Positions 1 to 9,117 of a DNA stretch of 32,000 nucleotides are shown in pieces; the stretch's first letter is position 1, and each line of letters opens with the position of its first letter. Both the position numbers and the translations under genes were made by a program. The notes under the pieces are model-generated. The model was given only the letters and a program-made list of their open reading frames with translations, ran no database searches and had not been told where the DNA came from. The stretch covers positions 30,001 to 62,000 of the forward strand of contig NZ_CP025989.1 in assembly GCF_003072485.1 (NCBI RefSeq), in the 5' to 3' direction. The DNA is from Candidatus Fokinia solitaria. Lineage in GTDB: Bacteria > Pseudomonadota > Alphaproteobacteria > Rickettsiales > Midichloriaceae.

Positions 1-1123
1 CTTTACTAGATAATACAAATACACCCATTAGCAATCGTCTTTTTACTTCTTCTCCGAGATACTTGCCTCTATGCATACTAATACTCTCATGAAAGTCTCC
101 GGTATTTTGGAGAGGAGTGCCATACCTTACCCCATCATATCTAGCTAAATTTGATGAAGCTTCAGCAGGTGCTATGATATAGTACACAGGTAGTGCATAT
201 TCCATTAATGGTAGAGATATTTCTATTAGTTTTGCGCCACTTGATTCAAGTTTATTCATTGTTTTTTGATAGCTAGAGGAAACGCCTTCACTCATCTTAA
301 ATCCTATTTTTTCAAGATTGAAGAAGCCGATCTTGACTCCTTTCATATCAATAGCTTGTAAAGTGCTAAGATTATTTTTTTCACTTTGAATAGAAGTATG
401 ATCACGAGCATCGTACCCCATTATTGTATCCAGCATTAACGCTGCGCACTTTGTAGAAGTACCAAAAACTGCTGGCTGATCTAGAGAGCTAGCAAATGAT
501 ATCATACCGTATCTTGAACATGTGCCATATGTAGGCTTTATACCTACAATGCCGCACAATGATGCAGGCTGTCTTACAGAGCCTCCTGTATCGCTTCCAA
601 GCGAAATAGGTACAATGCCACTGCTTACAGCGACAGCAGAACCTCCAGAAGATCCTCCAGCTGTAAGTTTTTGAGATAATTTTCTTTTATCTTGTAATAG
701 ATTAATGGTAGCACCGTATATTGAATAAGTCGTAGATGAGCCCATTGCAAATTCATCCATATTAGTTTTTCCTAGTGGAATGCAGCCCGCATCTAAAAGC
801 TTTTGTGTTACAGCGGATTCATAAGGTGGTATAAAGTCCTTTAAAATTGCCGAACAGGCAGTTGTTTTGATATTTTTTGTACAATACAGATCCTTTATTG
901 CTATAGGAATGCCATCAAGCGGTTTACTTCTTCCTTCTCTTATCCGCTTCTCAGCTTCTTCAGCTAACGAAAGCGCAATGGCAGAGGTGATTTCGCAAAA
1001 AAAATTGTATTCACGATTCAGAAGCTTCAGATGTTGAAGACGTTCTGTAATAAGTGCTACAGGAGATACATCTCCGCTTTTTAGCTTCGACAGAAGCGCG
1101 CTAACGGATAAACATTTTGTCAC
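1..1123 (-). CDS. gatA: Glu-tRNA(Gln)/Asp-tRNA(Asn) amidotransferase subunit A (GatA); C-terminal part lies outside the window
   Basis: Absent from the ORF track because it runs off the left edge. Hand translation of the minus strand from GTG at 1123 gives VTKCLSVSALLSKLKSGDVSPVALITERL...PLDGIPIAIKDL...GKTNMDEFAMGSS...TAGGSSGGSAVAVSSGIVPISLGSDTGGSVRQPA. This includes the amidase signature GGSSGGS (about 643-664). An in-frame TGA at 1133-1135 bounds the N-terminus. The ATG at 1115 is out of frame. Confidence 0.9.
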   Translation of the reverse strand, partial: MTKCLSVSALLSKLKSGDVSPVALITERLQHLKLLNREYNFFCEITSAIALSLAEEAEKRIREGRSKPLDGIPIAIKDLYCTKNIKTTACSAILKDFIPPYESAVTQKLLDAGCIPLGKTNMDEFAMGSSTTYSIYGATINLLQDKRKLSQKLTAGGSSGGSAVAVSSGIVPISLGSDTGGSVRQPASLCGIVGIKPTYGTCSRYGMISFASSLDQPAVFGTSTKCAALMLDTIMGYDARDHTSIQSEKNNLSTLQAIDMKGVKIGFFNLEKIGFKMSEGVSSSYQKTMNKLESSGAKLIEISLPLMEYALPVYYIIAPAEASSNLARYDGVRYGTPLQNTGDFHESISMHRGKYLGEEVKRRLLMGVFVLSSK

Positions 1124-1151
1124 AATTATATCTCAATCTACAGAGTACGAA

Positions 1152-1361
1152 TTATTTAAATAGTATGAGTAAAGCCAATAGCAATGCAAATAATCCTAAT
1201 GCTTCAACCATTGCGCCACCTATAAAAGCAGCTTTTAACATATCACCGTAAGCTGAAGGATTACGCGCTGTACCGTTAATCAGAGCGGCAAAGATCAAGC
1301 CTAATCCGATAGCAGCACCAAGTAACCCAAAACAAGCTAATCCGATACCAACAGGTTCCAT
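1152..1361 (-). CDS. atpE: ATP synthase F0 subunit c (proteolipid)
   Basis: 69-aa ORF forming a two-helix hairpin with Gly/Ala-rich helix 1 (GLLGAAIGLGLIFAAL). It has a polar loop (GTARNPS) and a conserved acidic residue in helix 2 (GGAMVEALGLF). Confidence 0.9.
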   Translation of the reverse strand: MEPVGIGLACFGLLGAAIGLGLIFAALINGTARNPSAYGDMLKAAFIGGAMVEALGLFALLLALLILFK

Positions 1362-1408
1362 ATAAACTCTCGTAAACGTGTAAAAATCTCAACATCAGTG
1401 TAATCAAT

Positions 1409-1864
1409 CTAAATATCTTCTTCAATTCGTTTTTTTATAAAAATATAGAAAGCGCCGTTTCCTCCGTCTTTCTGTGTAGCTACGGTATACTGTTTTACAT
1501 ATTGTTTTATCTCATGAAAAGTAATCCAGTAGTAAAACAACTCTCTAAGTATGCCACGTTTACAAGATTCTGCATCATTAATAGACTTTCCCTTACCACC
1601 TGTAATGAGTAATAAAAACCTTTCTCCGCTAAGATACATACTCTTTACAAGTGAAAGAAAAGCTTCATATGCTTCGTCTCTCTTCATACCGTGCAGATCG
1701 AGCACTTTATCAAAGATGATATTTTCCCTGAATACTTCTTGTGACTTCCTACCATTCGAACATTGTACTTTCGAAATTTCATCTCGCTTCTTCTCTTTTT
1801 TCACTGAGATAATTCCTGCGCAGAACTCTCTCCACACACGTTCGCACTCATCGTGTATTTTCAT
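1409..1864 (-). CDS. Smr-domain protein (MutS2 C-terminal-like small nuclease domain)
   Basis: The C-terminal half carries Smr hallmarks: LDLHGMKRDEAYEAF (LDLHG motif) and LLLITGGKGKS (TGxG). Confidence 0.7.
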   Translation of the reverse strand: MKIHDECERVWREFCAGIISVKKEKKRDEISKVQCSNGRKSQEVFRENIIFDKVLDLHGMKRDEAYEAFLSLVKSMYLSGERFLLLITGGKGKSINDAESCKRGILRELFYYWITFHEIKQYVKQYTVATQKDGGNGAFYIFIKKRIEEDI

Positions 1865-1896
1865 GATATAATCAACGGTGCTTACATTTCACTATG

Positions 1897-2736
1897 TTAT
1901 GAGCATTTTTCCTCTGCGATAAAAAAAGCTTTTAACTTTACTAATGCTTCTTTTTCTATCTGTCTTACTCTCTCTGCGGAAATATTATGCTTCGTAGCGA
2001 CATCATTTAAGGTTAAGGTATGTTCTGCTAAAAATCTGTCTTCTATGATACTAGCCTCTCTCGAAGAAAGTTGTGAGAGACCTGTCTTCAATACTTGGAG
2101 TTTAGTACTAGATTCTTCTTCATGAGCAAGCAAAGCATCTATATCATACGTCGTACTATCGTTCCAAATCTCTTCATTTGTACTATTCTCAGTATTCAAA
2201 GATGGTGCGTTCAAGCTTACGATATGCTTGACATTGATAAATTCACTGTCGGTAATTTCCGCTTCACTGAGTTTTTCTCTTATTTTTGTATTTTTATAAA
2301 AGAGCCTCTTTTTTAAAGATGAGGTGCTTATTTTTAGAAGTGACCATGAACGTAAAATAAACTCTTGTATTGAAGCTTTTATCCACCACATTGCATAAGT
2401 AGCTAACTTGCAATGCATATCCATTTTGAATTTCTTTACCGCATGCATCAATCCAAGCGTACCTTCTGAAAGTAAATCCATGATTGATATTCCATAAGAC
2501 TTGTACTGTGTGGCAATCTTCAACACCATCCTCATATGCGCCATTACCAATTTTTGCGCAGCTTGCACATCTCCATTTACACACCAATCATGAATGAGTG
2601 CACTCTCCTCTTCAGCGGTTAGTAATGGTATCTCTCTTATTTTTGAGATATAAGCAGACAGATTCGCTTCTTCCGAATTTAGTCGAACTACACTGCTTTT
2701 TAAGACTGTCATATCGTATAAACAATGTTTTTCCAT
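1897..2736 (-). CDS. rpoH: RNA polymerase sigma-32 (heat-shock) factor RpoH
   Basis: 279 aa with sigma-70 family regions 2-4 (HMRMVLKIATQYKSYG, DLLSEGTLGLMHAVKKF, ATYAMWWIKASIQEFILRS, C-terminal HTH ISAERVRQIEKEAL). The KKRLFYKN segment resembles the RpoH box. The length fits RpoH rather than RpoD. Confidence 0.85.
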   Translation of the reverse strand: MEKHCLYDMTVLKSSVVRLNSEEANLSAYISKIREIPLLTAEEESALIHDWCVNGDVQAAQKLVMAHMRMVLKIATQYKSYGISIMDLLSEGTLGLMHAVKKFKMDMHCKLATYAMWWIKASIQEFILRSWSLLKISTSSLKKRLFYKNTKIREKLSEAEITDSEFINVKHIVSLNAPSLNTENSTNEEIWNDSTTYDIDALLAHEEESSTKLQVLKTGLSQLSSREASIIEDRFLAEHTLTLNDVATKHNISAERVRQIEKEALVKLKAFFIAEEKCS

Positions 2737-2800
2737 GTAACTGTGTATAGTATAGCTGATAAAGAGAAAAAGAAGAAGAAAATTACACTTTTCTTTTTCT

Positions 2801-4564
2801 TTATGCTTTCAATTGCGCGTTGTTATGAACGTCTTTGACGATAGCGCCGTTTGCCATCTCTATTACTCTTGTCGCGTACTGCATGTAAGAGTCTCTATGA
2901 GTGATGAAGATAACGGTCTTTTCTTTTGCATTTTCACAAATTGCGTTTAATACCTTTTTCTCGGTAATTTTATCCATCTGAGAAGTTGCTTCATCAAAAA
3001 TTATCAAATCTGTATCTTTTCGAAGTAGTGCTCTTATAAGCAGTATCATCTGTTTCTGTCCTCCGGAAAGCTTGATACCCTTTTCTCCGACAATGGAGTC
3101 ATATTTTTTCTCCAATTTCTCTATATGCTCTGCTATTCCTACCATATGTGCCATTTTTATTGCATCTTCTTTACTTACTCCATAGCTTCCATATGTAATA
3201 TTCTCCATAATAGTTCTATGAAATAAAGTGCTATTCTGTGTAATTATCGCCGAATATTGTAATAATTTATTATGATGTTTTGTTATGACGCTACCGCTAT
3301 CCGGACTAATAATATGCAGCATTATATTTGCAAGAGTAGTTTTCCCGCTTCCAGTAGCGCCGATTATTGCTACTTTCTCCTGCTTTTTGATTGATAACTC
3401 ATCCAATTTCATTACGAAATGCCCTCTTTGCAATACGATTTTTTGTAAAAATATGATGTTATCTCCGGAATCTGATGCATATGCATACGGCAACTTGGTA
3501 TCATAGTCTGTGTTAGGCGCTCTTTGCAAAAGTAATGTCGACACGTCATACGTGTTGCATATTTGCCCGATATCGTTCACTGCTTGCGATATTCTACCGA
3601 GAAGTCGAGACATTTTAATAAATTCTGCCATAAACTTCCAAAGATATCCGAAGCACTTACCTATAAGGGAGAAAAATAATGCAAAATCACCGATAGTAAT
3701 TACGTGATCGCGATATTGAATGAACAAAAAATAAAGTCCTCCGCAAAATACAGCAACATACCATCCAGAAAAAAAAATCATTAACGGGATAACTGTGGTT
3801 TGAAATTTTACTTCTTTTCGTATTGCTATGCTTGTCATATTAGCGATATTTTTCTTTTCATTTTTTTGAAAAGAATTCGTAATTACACACCATATATTGC
3901 TAAGTATATCGACTATTGTGCCGTGTATATTGGAAGTTGCACGCCATGCGTCATCAGCTGCTTTTACCGATATCCTTAAGTACATCGTGTTAGAGATGAT
4001 AAATACGCAACTTAGTGCAAAAGAAGATAGACCTAATAAAAGGGATAGCTTTGATAGCACGCAGGATGCTATGAGAAAGAATATGCATGGAGTAATTAAC
4101 CTTTCTGCTGTAGCGAAGAATTCGCTTATACCAAAAGCTAAATCTCCAACTTTCATGGAGACGGTGCCGCTAAATATATTATTGTATGACGGTAACGAAA
4201 CGTGCAGTAATTGACTCATCACTCTTTCATAGCTCATTTTTTTAACGCTAGGTATGAATCTTATGTTCATTAAGTAGTGATTCAAGACGTAGTTTATGCA
4301 TATTGCTGCACATACGAAAATCCACGATAAGATGTAAAATAAGGATGATTTTTGAGACTGAAAATCAGCAGAAGATACATAATTCATGATCTCCTTTAGT
4401 ATTTGTGCTTGATAAGTCGATAAGCATACCCACGTTATGCAGGTAAAGAGTATGCAAGAAGCTATCTTCCATCTTTCTCTTAGCAATGGTATTGCTACCT
4501 TTATTAAGGAGATATTAGGCATTTTAAGCGATACAAGCTGCTGGAAATCAGCTAGATAATACAC
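2801..4564 (-). CDS. ABC transporter, fused permease/ATP-binding half-transporter (MsbA-like exporter family), divergent
   Basis: N-terminal multi-TM domain followed by Walker A GATGSGKTT, signature LSGGQKQ, Walker B LIIFDEATS and H-loop ITHR. The track start at 4564 is GTG. The in-frame ATG at 4522 (MPNISL...) is an equally plausible start. Confidence 0.8.
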   Translation of the reverse strand: MYYLADFQQLVSLKMPNISLIKVAIPLLRERWKIASCILFTCITWVCLSTYQAQILKEIMNYVSSADFQSQKSSLFYILSWIFVCAAICINYVLNHYLMNIRFIPSVKKMSYERVMSQLLHVSLPSYNNIFSGTVSMKVGDLAFGISEFFATAERLITPCIFFLIASCVLSKLSLLLGLSSFALSCVFIISNTMYLRISVKAADDAWRATSNIHGTIVDILSNIWCVITNSFQKNEKKNIANMTSIAIRKEVKFQTTVIPLMIFFSGWYVAVFCGGLYFLFIQYRDHVITIGDFALFFSLIGKCFGYLWKFMAEFIKMSRLLGRISQAVNDIGQICNTYDVSTLLLQRAPNTDYDTKLPYAYASDSGDNIIFLQKIVLQRGHFVMKLDELSIKKQEKVAIIGATGSGKTTLANIMLHIISPDSGSVITKHHNKLLQYSAIITQNSTLFHRTIMENITYGSYGVSKEDAIKMAHMVGIAEHIEKLEKKYDSIVGEKGIKLSGGQKQMILLIRALLRKDTDLIIFDEATSQMDKITEKKVLNAICENAKEKTVIFITHRDSYMQYATRVIEMANGAIVKDVHNNAQLKA

Positions 4565-4659
4565 ATGCTACGTGGAAAAGAAAATACCGTCGGCGATGGT
4601 ATTGATATTGCTTAGCATGTAAGCTATTTTGCTTAGAAGAACGATTAAGCGTATAAAAG

Positions 4660-5223
4660 ATGCTTCAGCGAGTGTCGTGGTTGTTTCGACGAAAGAAAAA
4701 AGTGCCACCGACAATTTCTATTAATGGTGTTGCTTATAATATTCCAAGTTTTGATAGAAGATTGCTTGGCTGGCTTGTAGATGTGATGCTGTTGGCATTT
4801 TTGCTAATGCCAGTGTCTGAGTTCTTATACGTGAAATTGTCTATAGCATCAGAATTGGCCAAATTTTCAGAATCTTCTGACATTACGTCTCTAGATTCAT
4901 TCTTGAGTAGCGTAGGGCCGCACTTTTTAATAAAGTATGTTGCGGTTCAAGTGATAGCACTTCTTATATCAGTATTGTACTTTGTTGTATCTCTCGCCTT
5001 ATATGGTAGAACTTTAGGAAAATTTGTCACTGGATGTATAGTGTTAGAAGTGGATAGTGGACAAAAAATCTCAGTACGTACTGCAATTTTGAGAACTGCA
5101 CTATATCTTGTTTCAGTATTGCCGTTTTGCATTGGACTTATACTTTTTATACCGTTCTCAAAGTACGGAATGGCACTACACGATCGTTGTATGCATACTG
5201 TAGTGGTGTTGAGAGGAAAGTAG
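4660..5223 (+). CDS. RDD-family integral membrane protein (putative)
   Basis: 187 aa with three hydrophobic segments. The N-terminal R..LGWLVDVMLL and central GRTLGKFVTGCIVL pattern is typical of RDD-domain proteins. The call rests on pattern only. Confidence 0.55.
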   Translation: MLQRVSWLFRRKKKVPPTISINGVAYNIPSFDRRLLGWLVDVMLLAFLLMPVSEFLYVKLSIASELAKFSESSDITSLDSFLSSVGPHFLIKYVAVQVIALLISVLYFVVSLALYGRTLGKFVTGCIVLEVDSGQKISVRTAILRTALYLVSVLPFCIGLILFIPFSKYGMALHDRCMHTVVVLRGK

Positions 5224-5272
5224 AGATAGCGATTTACTTGCTATATATCATGCTATATCATGTAATGTTAGT

Positions 5273-6517
5273 ATGCGTTATGTAATATTAGATATGTTTT
5301 TACGTCATATACTGATCTTGCTGAGTCCACTCGCGTTCTTTGGGTATCAATTTATATTGCGACTGTGGCCGGGTCTGTTGCTGAATCACTTTATTTCGCA
5401 ATTCAGTATTCCTATTGAACAGTTTGGTATTCTGAATGGCGCGTATTACTGTGGATATTCTTTGATGCAGATTCCGATTGCGATGTTACTTACAAAGTAC
5501 CACGTACGGTATATACTTGCTTTTAGTGTGAAAATGGCAGGCATATGTTTTGTAATCTTTACTAATACCGACTCGTTTCTAATAGCGATTATTACAAGAT
5601 TCATTACAGGTGCAGCATCAGCGTCAGCCTTTTTATGCGTATCTAAAGTTGCGATGGAGTATTTTTCTCCAGCGAATTACGGAAAAATCATAGGCTGGTC
5701 GTTTTCGATAGGACTATTAGGTGCGTTATACGGTGGTAAACCTACCGTAATGCTTATAGAATGCTATGGCATAGGAAAAGTTTCATCCGTGTTAGCAATT
5801 ACATCTATTGCGATATCAACGCTTGCTCTCTTTACGCTGAGAAAATACAAGAATACTATTGATAGTACGAGAGGTAATCAAAATGTATGGAAGAGTCTAA
5901 GAGAAATGATTTCACTAGAAATTGTTGTATTAAGTATTGCCAATTTCTTGATGGTCGGTGCTCTTGAAGGTTTTGCAGACGTGTGGGGAGTGAATTATTT
6001 GATGAATGCATTTGATATGGAGAAAGGAGATGCGGCATCTATAGTCTCATTTATATTTATGGGGATGATATTTGGAGGGCCGATCTTAGCAATGCTTGGT
6101 AAAAAATGTGGCAACATTAATACCGTATTATGCTGTGCTATAACGTTATCTCTCACATTTATATGCCTCATTTTTTGTAGTGATTTGAGTCCAATTCTGC
6201 TTACAGTACTGTTTTTACTAACTGGAGTAGCGTGTTGTTATCAAGTACTTGTATTTGCAATAGGATGTGCCATTACTCATAAAGATTCTCATAATATTGC
6301 GATAGCGTTTCTTAATACTACTAATATGCTTGGGGGCTTTTACTTCCATACCGCGATAGGATATATCATAAGATTTTTTAGCCCTGCAAATATGCATTAT
6401 ACTACATATTCGTATAAGTGTGGAATCGCTATAATACCAATATGTGCCGTAATAAGTGTATTCATGTTGCTATTGCTGAGATTTAGTTCACTCTTTAAAA
6501 AAGCTCAATATTCATGA
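5273..6517 (+). CDS. MFS-type transporter (putative)
   Basis: 414 aa with about 12 hydrophobic helices in two halves. The halves are separated by a charged central loop (RKYKNTIDSTRGNQNVWKSLRE), the typical major-facilitator architecture. Confidence 0.65.
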   Translation: MRYVILDMFLRHILILLSPLAFFGYQFILRLWPGLLLNHFISQFSIPIEQFGILNGAYYCGYSLMQIPIAMLLTKYHVRYILAFSVKMAGICFVIFTNTDSFLIAIITRFITGAASASAFLCVSKVAMEYFSPANYGKIIGWSFSIGLLGALYGGKPTVMLIECYGIGKVSSVLAITSIAISTLALFTLRKYKNTIDSTRGNQNVWKSLREMISLEIVVLSIANFLMVGALEGFADVWGVNYLMNAFDMEKGDAASIVSFIFMGMIFGGPILAMLGKKCGNINTVLCCAITLSLTFICLIFCSDLSPILLTVLFLLTGVACCYQVLVFAIGCAITHKDSHNIAIAFLNTTNMLGGFYFHTAIGYIIRFFSPANMHYTTYSYKCGIAIIPICAVISVFMLLLLRFSSLFKKAQYS

Positions 6518-6577
6518 GATATAGTTGCTAATAACTCTTTATATTTTTAGGAAGTGCTCTATAAATAGTAAGTAAAT

Positions 6578-6661
6578 GCGAACGTGGCGGAATGGTATAC
6601 GCGCTAGACTTAGGATCTAGTGTTTCAAGACATAAGGGTTCAAGTCCCTTCGTTCGCACCA
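6578..6661 (+). tRNA. tRNA-Leu (anticodon UAG), CCA encoded
   Basis: Hand-folded cloverleaf. Acceptor gcgaacg/cgttcgc, D-arm gcg-gaatggtata-cgc, anticodon arm ctaga-ctTAGga-tctag. Long variable arm tgtttcaagacat (type II tRNA), T-arm aaggg-ttcaagt-ccctt, discriminator a, then cca. Confidence 0.9.
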
Positions 6662-6763
6662 AGTGCAAGTTTTATAAAAATACGTACTATAGTAATAGAA
6701 AACTATTTCATAAATTAGTGTGATTCTTTATTCTTAATATAGAATACGGTGTGAAATGCTTTC

Positions 6764-8071
6764 ATGAAGCAGTGTTTCGTGCAGCGCTTTGCAGTGATAG
6801 CGCTTGTGTGCATGTGCGTGTCAGTAACATGCATGATTGTGATGTGTTCTGCTACTGGTGCTACTAGTCAATCTTATAATAAAGTAAAGTATGTGGACCC
6901 TTTTAAGGGACTGTTTCTGACTGCAGGCGCAGATTTATCGATAATTCCACAATTAACTCTAAGCAAACCAATTGTAGTACGAATAGATTCTTCTGATAAC
7001 AAAGTAACAGATATAAAAAATATCACGAATAGTGCTGTGAGTTTTTTTTCGCCTACTATAGGAATTGGCTACATGTTTCCTTATGAAATCGCGCTTATTG
7101 GTACTTTTAGTATAGGTGCATTAAATATTTCTAGTGATAAATTAGTGATATCCGATCAGTTTCGTATTGAGATGAGTGATTTAGAAGTAAGTCTTGTGAA
7201 GTACTTTAATTTGACAAGAATGATAAAGCCCTTCATAGGAGTATCAGTCGGTAGCACAATTCTGCAATATAGCTTACACGATCTTAGACAAGTTGATAAG
7301 AATGGAAACGTTTCAGATAAAAGAGCTATTGCATTGACAAATTTACAGGTACGGCAATCTATAGATTTTAATCAATTCACTTTTTATACAAAAGATCCAA
7401 AAACAAGCAATTCGGTATCTTCTGCTAAAGTATGCGTTGTGGAATCTGTAGGAGATACGTGTAAAGCAGTATCATATTTGGATGGCAAAAATGTTCTGAA
7501 CTTCGGATATAGTGCAGGCGATGTTTCTTCTATCAATGTGCTATTAGATGAAGCGGCTAATAATGGTAATATAGAAACTGAAAAAAATAATTTCGCTTTT
7601 TTCGGTATGCAAGGAGGCGTTGCTTTTAGACATTGTAATGTGCAGCTTGAGATTTTCGGTACTGTCAGATTGCAAGATGCTAAATTAAAATTGCAACACA
7701 ATCTCTTCGGTTCTTACGATGCGCAAAATAAACTAGTAAATACTTATACTTACGAAGATATAGCAAAGATGCTTGACGATAGAGGTAGATACTATGTGAT
7801 ACCGATGCAAAATAACGGAGAATGCAGTACGTTTGATGCAAATCAAGCATGCAATAGTCTTGATAATGATCTTTCAGATATGCCTACAGCTTTCTTACAA
7901 GGAGGACAAGCTGCCAAATTGCAGCGTTCAGCTATAAGATACTTTTTTACCGAAGAATATGAAGCAGCTACGGCAGATGTTGAAACGAATAGCCAAGCTA
8001 TGATAATTGATGGAGATATTGTTCAAAATATAAGTTATGGTATTGGTGCAAGGCTTTCCGTATCATTTTAA
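6764..8071 (+). CDS. Outer-membrane beta-barrel / surface-antigen-like protein, large divergent member
   Basis: 435 aa with an N-terminal hydrophobic signal-like segment. Alternating beta-strand motifs are present (TIGIGYMF, KPFIGVSVGSTIL, FFGMQGGVAF). The C-terminus ISYGIGARLSVSF ends in Phe as in BAM substrates. Two Cys pairs occur in presumed loops (CVVESVGDTC, CSTFDANQAC). Confidence 0.55.
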   Translation: MKQCFVQRFAVIALVCMCVSVTCMIVMCSATGATSQSYNKVKYVDPFKGLFLTAGADLSIIPQLTLSKPIVVRIDSSDNKVTDIKNITNSAVSFFSPTIGIGYMFPYEIALIGTFSIGALNISSDKLVISDQFRIEMSDLEVSLVKYFNLTRMIKPFIGVSVGSTILQYSLHDLRQVDKNGNVSDKRAIALTNLQVRQSIDFNQFTFYTKDPKTSNSVSSAKVCVVESVGDTCKAVSYLDGKNVLNFGYSAGDVSSINVLLDEAANNGNIETEKNNFAFFGMQGGVAFRHCNVQLEIFGTVRLQDAKLKLQHNLFGSYDAQNKLVNTYTYEDIAKMLDDRGRYYVIPMQNNGECSTFDANQACNSLDNDLSDMPTAFLQGGQAAKLQRSAIRYFFTEEYEAATADVETNSQAMIIDGDIVQNISYGIGARLSVSF

Positions 8072-8138
8072 GGTGAAGTGTAGCGGAGAAATGGAGAAGA
8101 GTCGTGATTATCTCTTATAAATATTTTTCTTCGTACTT

Positions 8139-9107
8139 ATGAGTATCATCATTTCATCGATTATCTTGTTATTATGCGTCTTGCTTACGACGGCTTATCT
8201 GACTTTAATTGAAAGAAAGTTAATAGGCTTCATACAATTGAGAGTAGGGCCAAGTATGGTTGGTGTTTTCGGAATATTACAGCCTGTAGCGGATACAATT
8301 AAGTTGTTATTTAAAGAGCCAATAATACCGCATAAAGCAGATAAAATACTATTTCTTACAGCGCCTCTTCTGATGATGGTAATAGCATTATTTGCATGGG
8401 TGGCTATACCAATAGGAGATTTCTGTATCAGTAATCTGAATTTAGGTATTTTGTTTGTCTTATCTGTGTCATCTCTTTCTGTATACAGCATTATATTAGC
8501 AGGGCTTGCAAGTAACTCTAAATATCCATTTTTAGCAGCTATAAGAGCGACTGCGCAAATGATTTCGTATGAATTAACAATGGGCTTGTGTATTCTTTCC
8601 GTCGTTGTAGTTGCTGGTAGTGGTAATCTTATTGATATAGTATACATGCAGACAGATATCTCATGGCTTTTAAGGCTTTTAATGTATCCAGTTGGTGTGT
8701 TATTTTTCATATGCGCTCTTGCAGAAACAAATAGACATCCTTTTGACTTAGCGGAAGCTGAAAGTGAGCTTGTAGCAGGGTATCACTCAGAATACTCTTC
8801 TATGCAATTTGCGATGTTTTTTCTAGGAGAGTATGCTAACATGGCATTGATGAGTAGTTTGACTACGTTGCTGTTCTTAGGTGGATGGTTGCCGCCGTTT
8901 GATATTCAATTTCTTGAGTGTGTGCCGTCGGTAGTGTGGTTTTTAGTGAAGACTTTAAGTTGTTTAATGTTATTCATAATAGTGAGAGCAGTGTTACCGA
9001 GATATAGGTATGATCAATTGCTTAGAATAGGATGGGAGCGTTTGTTACCAATATCATTTATTTTGTTTATGCTCATTACTGCTACAAAATACTACTTAAC
9101 ACACTAA
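8139..9107 (+). CDS. nuoH: NADH-quinone oxidoreductase subunit H
   Basis: 322 aa, polytopic, with conserved NuoH/ND1 motifs TAYLTLIERKLIGFIQLRVGPSMVG and ETNRHPFDLAEAESELVAGYHSEYS. Confidence 0.93.
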   Translation: MSIIISSIILLLCVLLTTAYLTLIERKLIGFIQLRVGPSMVGVFGILQPVADTIKLLFKEPIIPHKADKILFLTAPLLMMVIALFAWVAIPIGDFCISNLNLGILFVLSVSSLSVYSIILAGLASNSKYPFLAAIRATAQMISYELTMGLCILSVVVVAGSGNLIDIVYMQTDISWLLRLLMYPVGVLFFICALAETNRHPFDLAEAESELVAGYHSEYSSMQFAMFFLGEYANMALMSSLTTLLFLGGWLPPFDIQFLECVPSVVWFLVKTLSCLMLFIIVRAVLPRYRYDQLLRIGWERLLPISFILFMLITATKYYLTH

Positions 9108-9117
9108 GAAAGTTGCT

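Noticed and set aside
2294-2587. 97-aa minus-strand ORF and plus-strand ORFs inside rpoH
   Set aside because: These are alternative frames of a well-supported sigma-factor gene and contain no motifs.
7384-7701. 105-aa ORF antisense to the 435-aa OMP-like gene
   Set aside because: It shows no motif, while the sense frame has the signal sequence and barrel-type C-terminus. It was treated as spurious.
8195-8710. 171-aa ORF antisense to nuoH
   Set aside because: It lies entirely inside and opposite a strongly conserved nuoH reading frame. The product has no recognisable motif. A long antisense ORF is a plausible by-product of the biased hydrophobic codon usage of nuoH.
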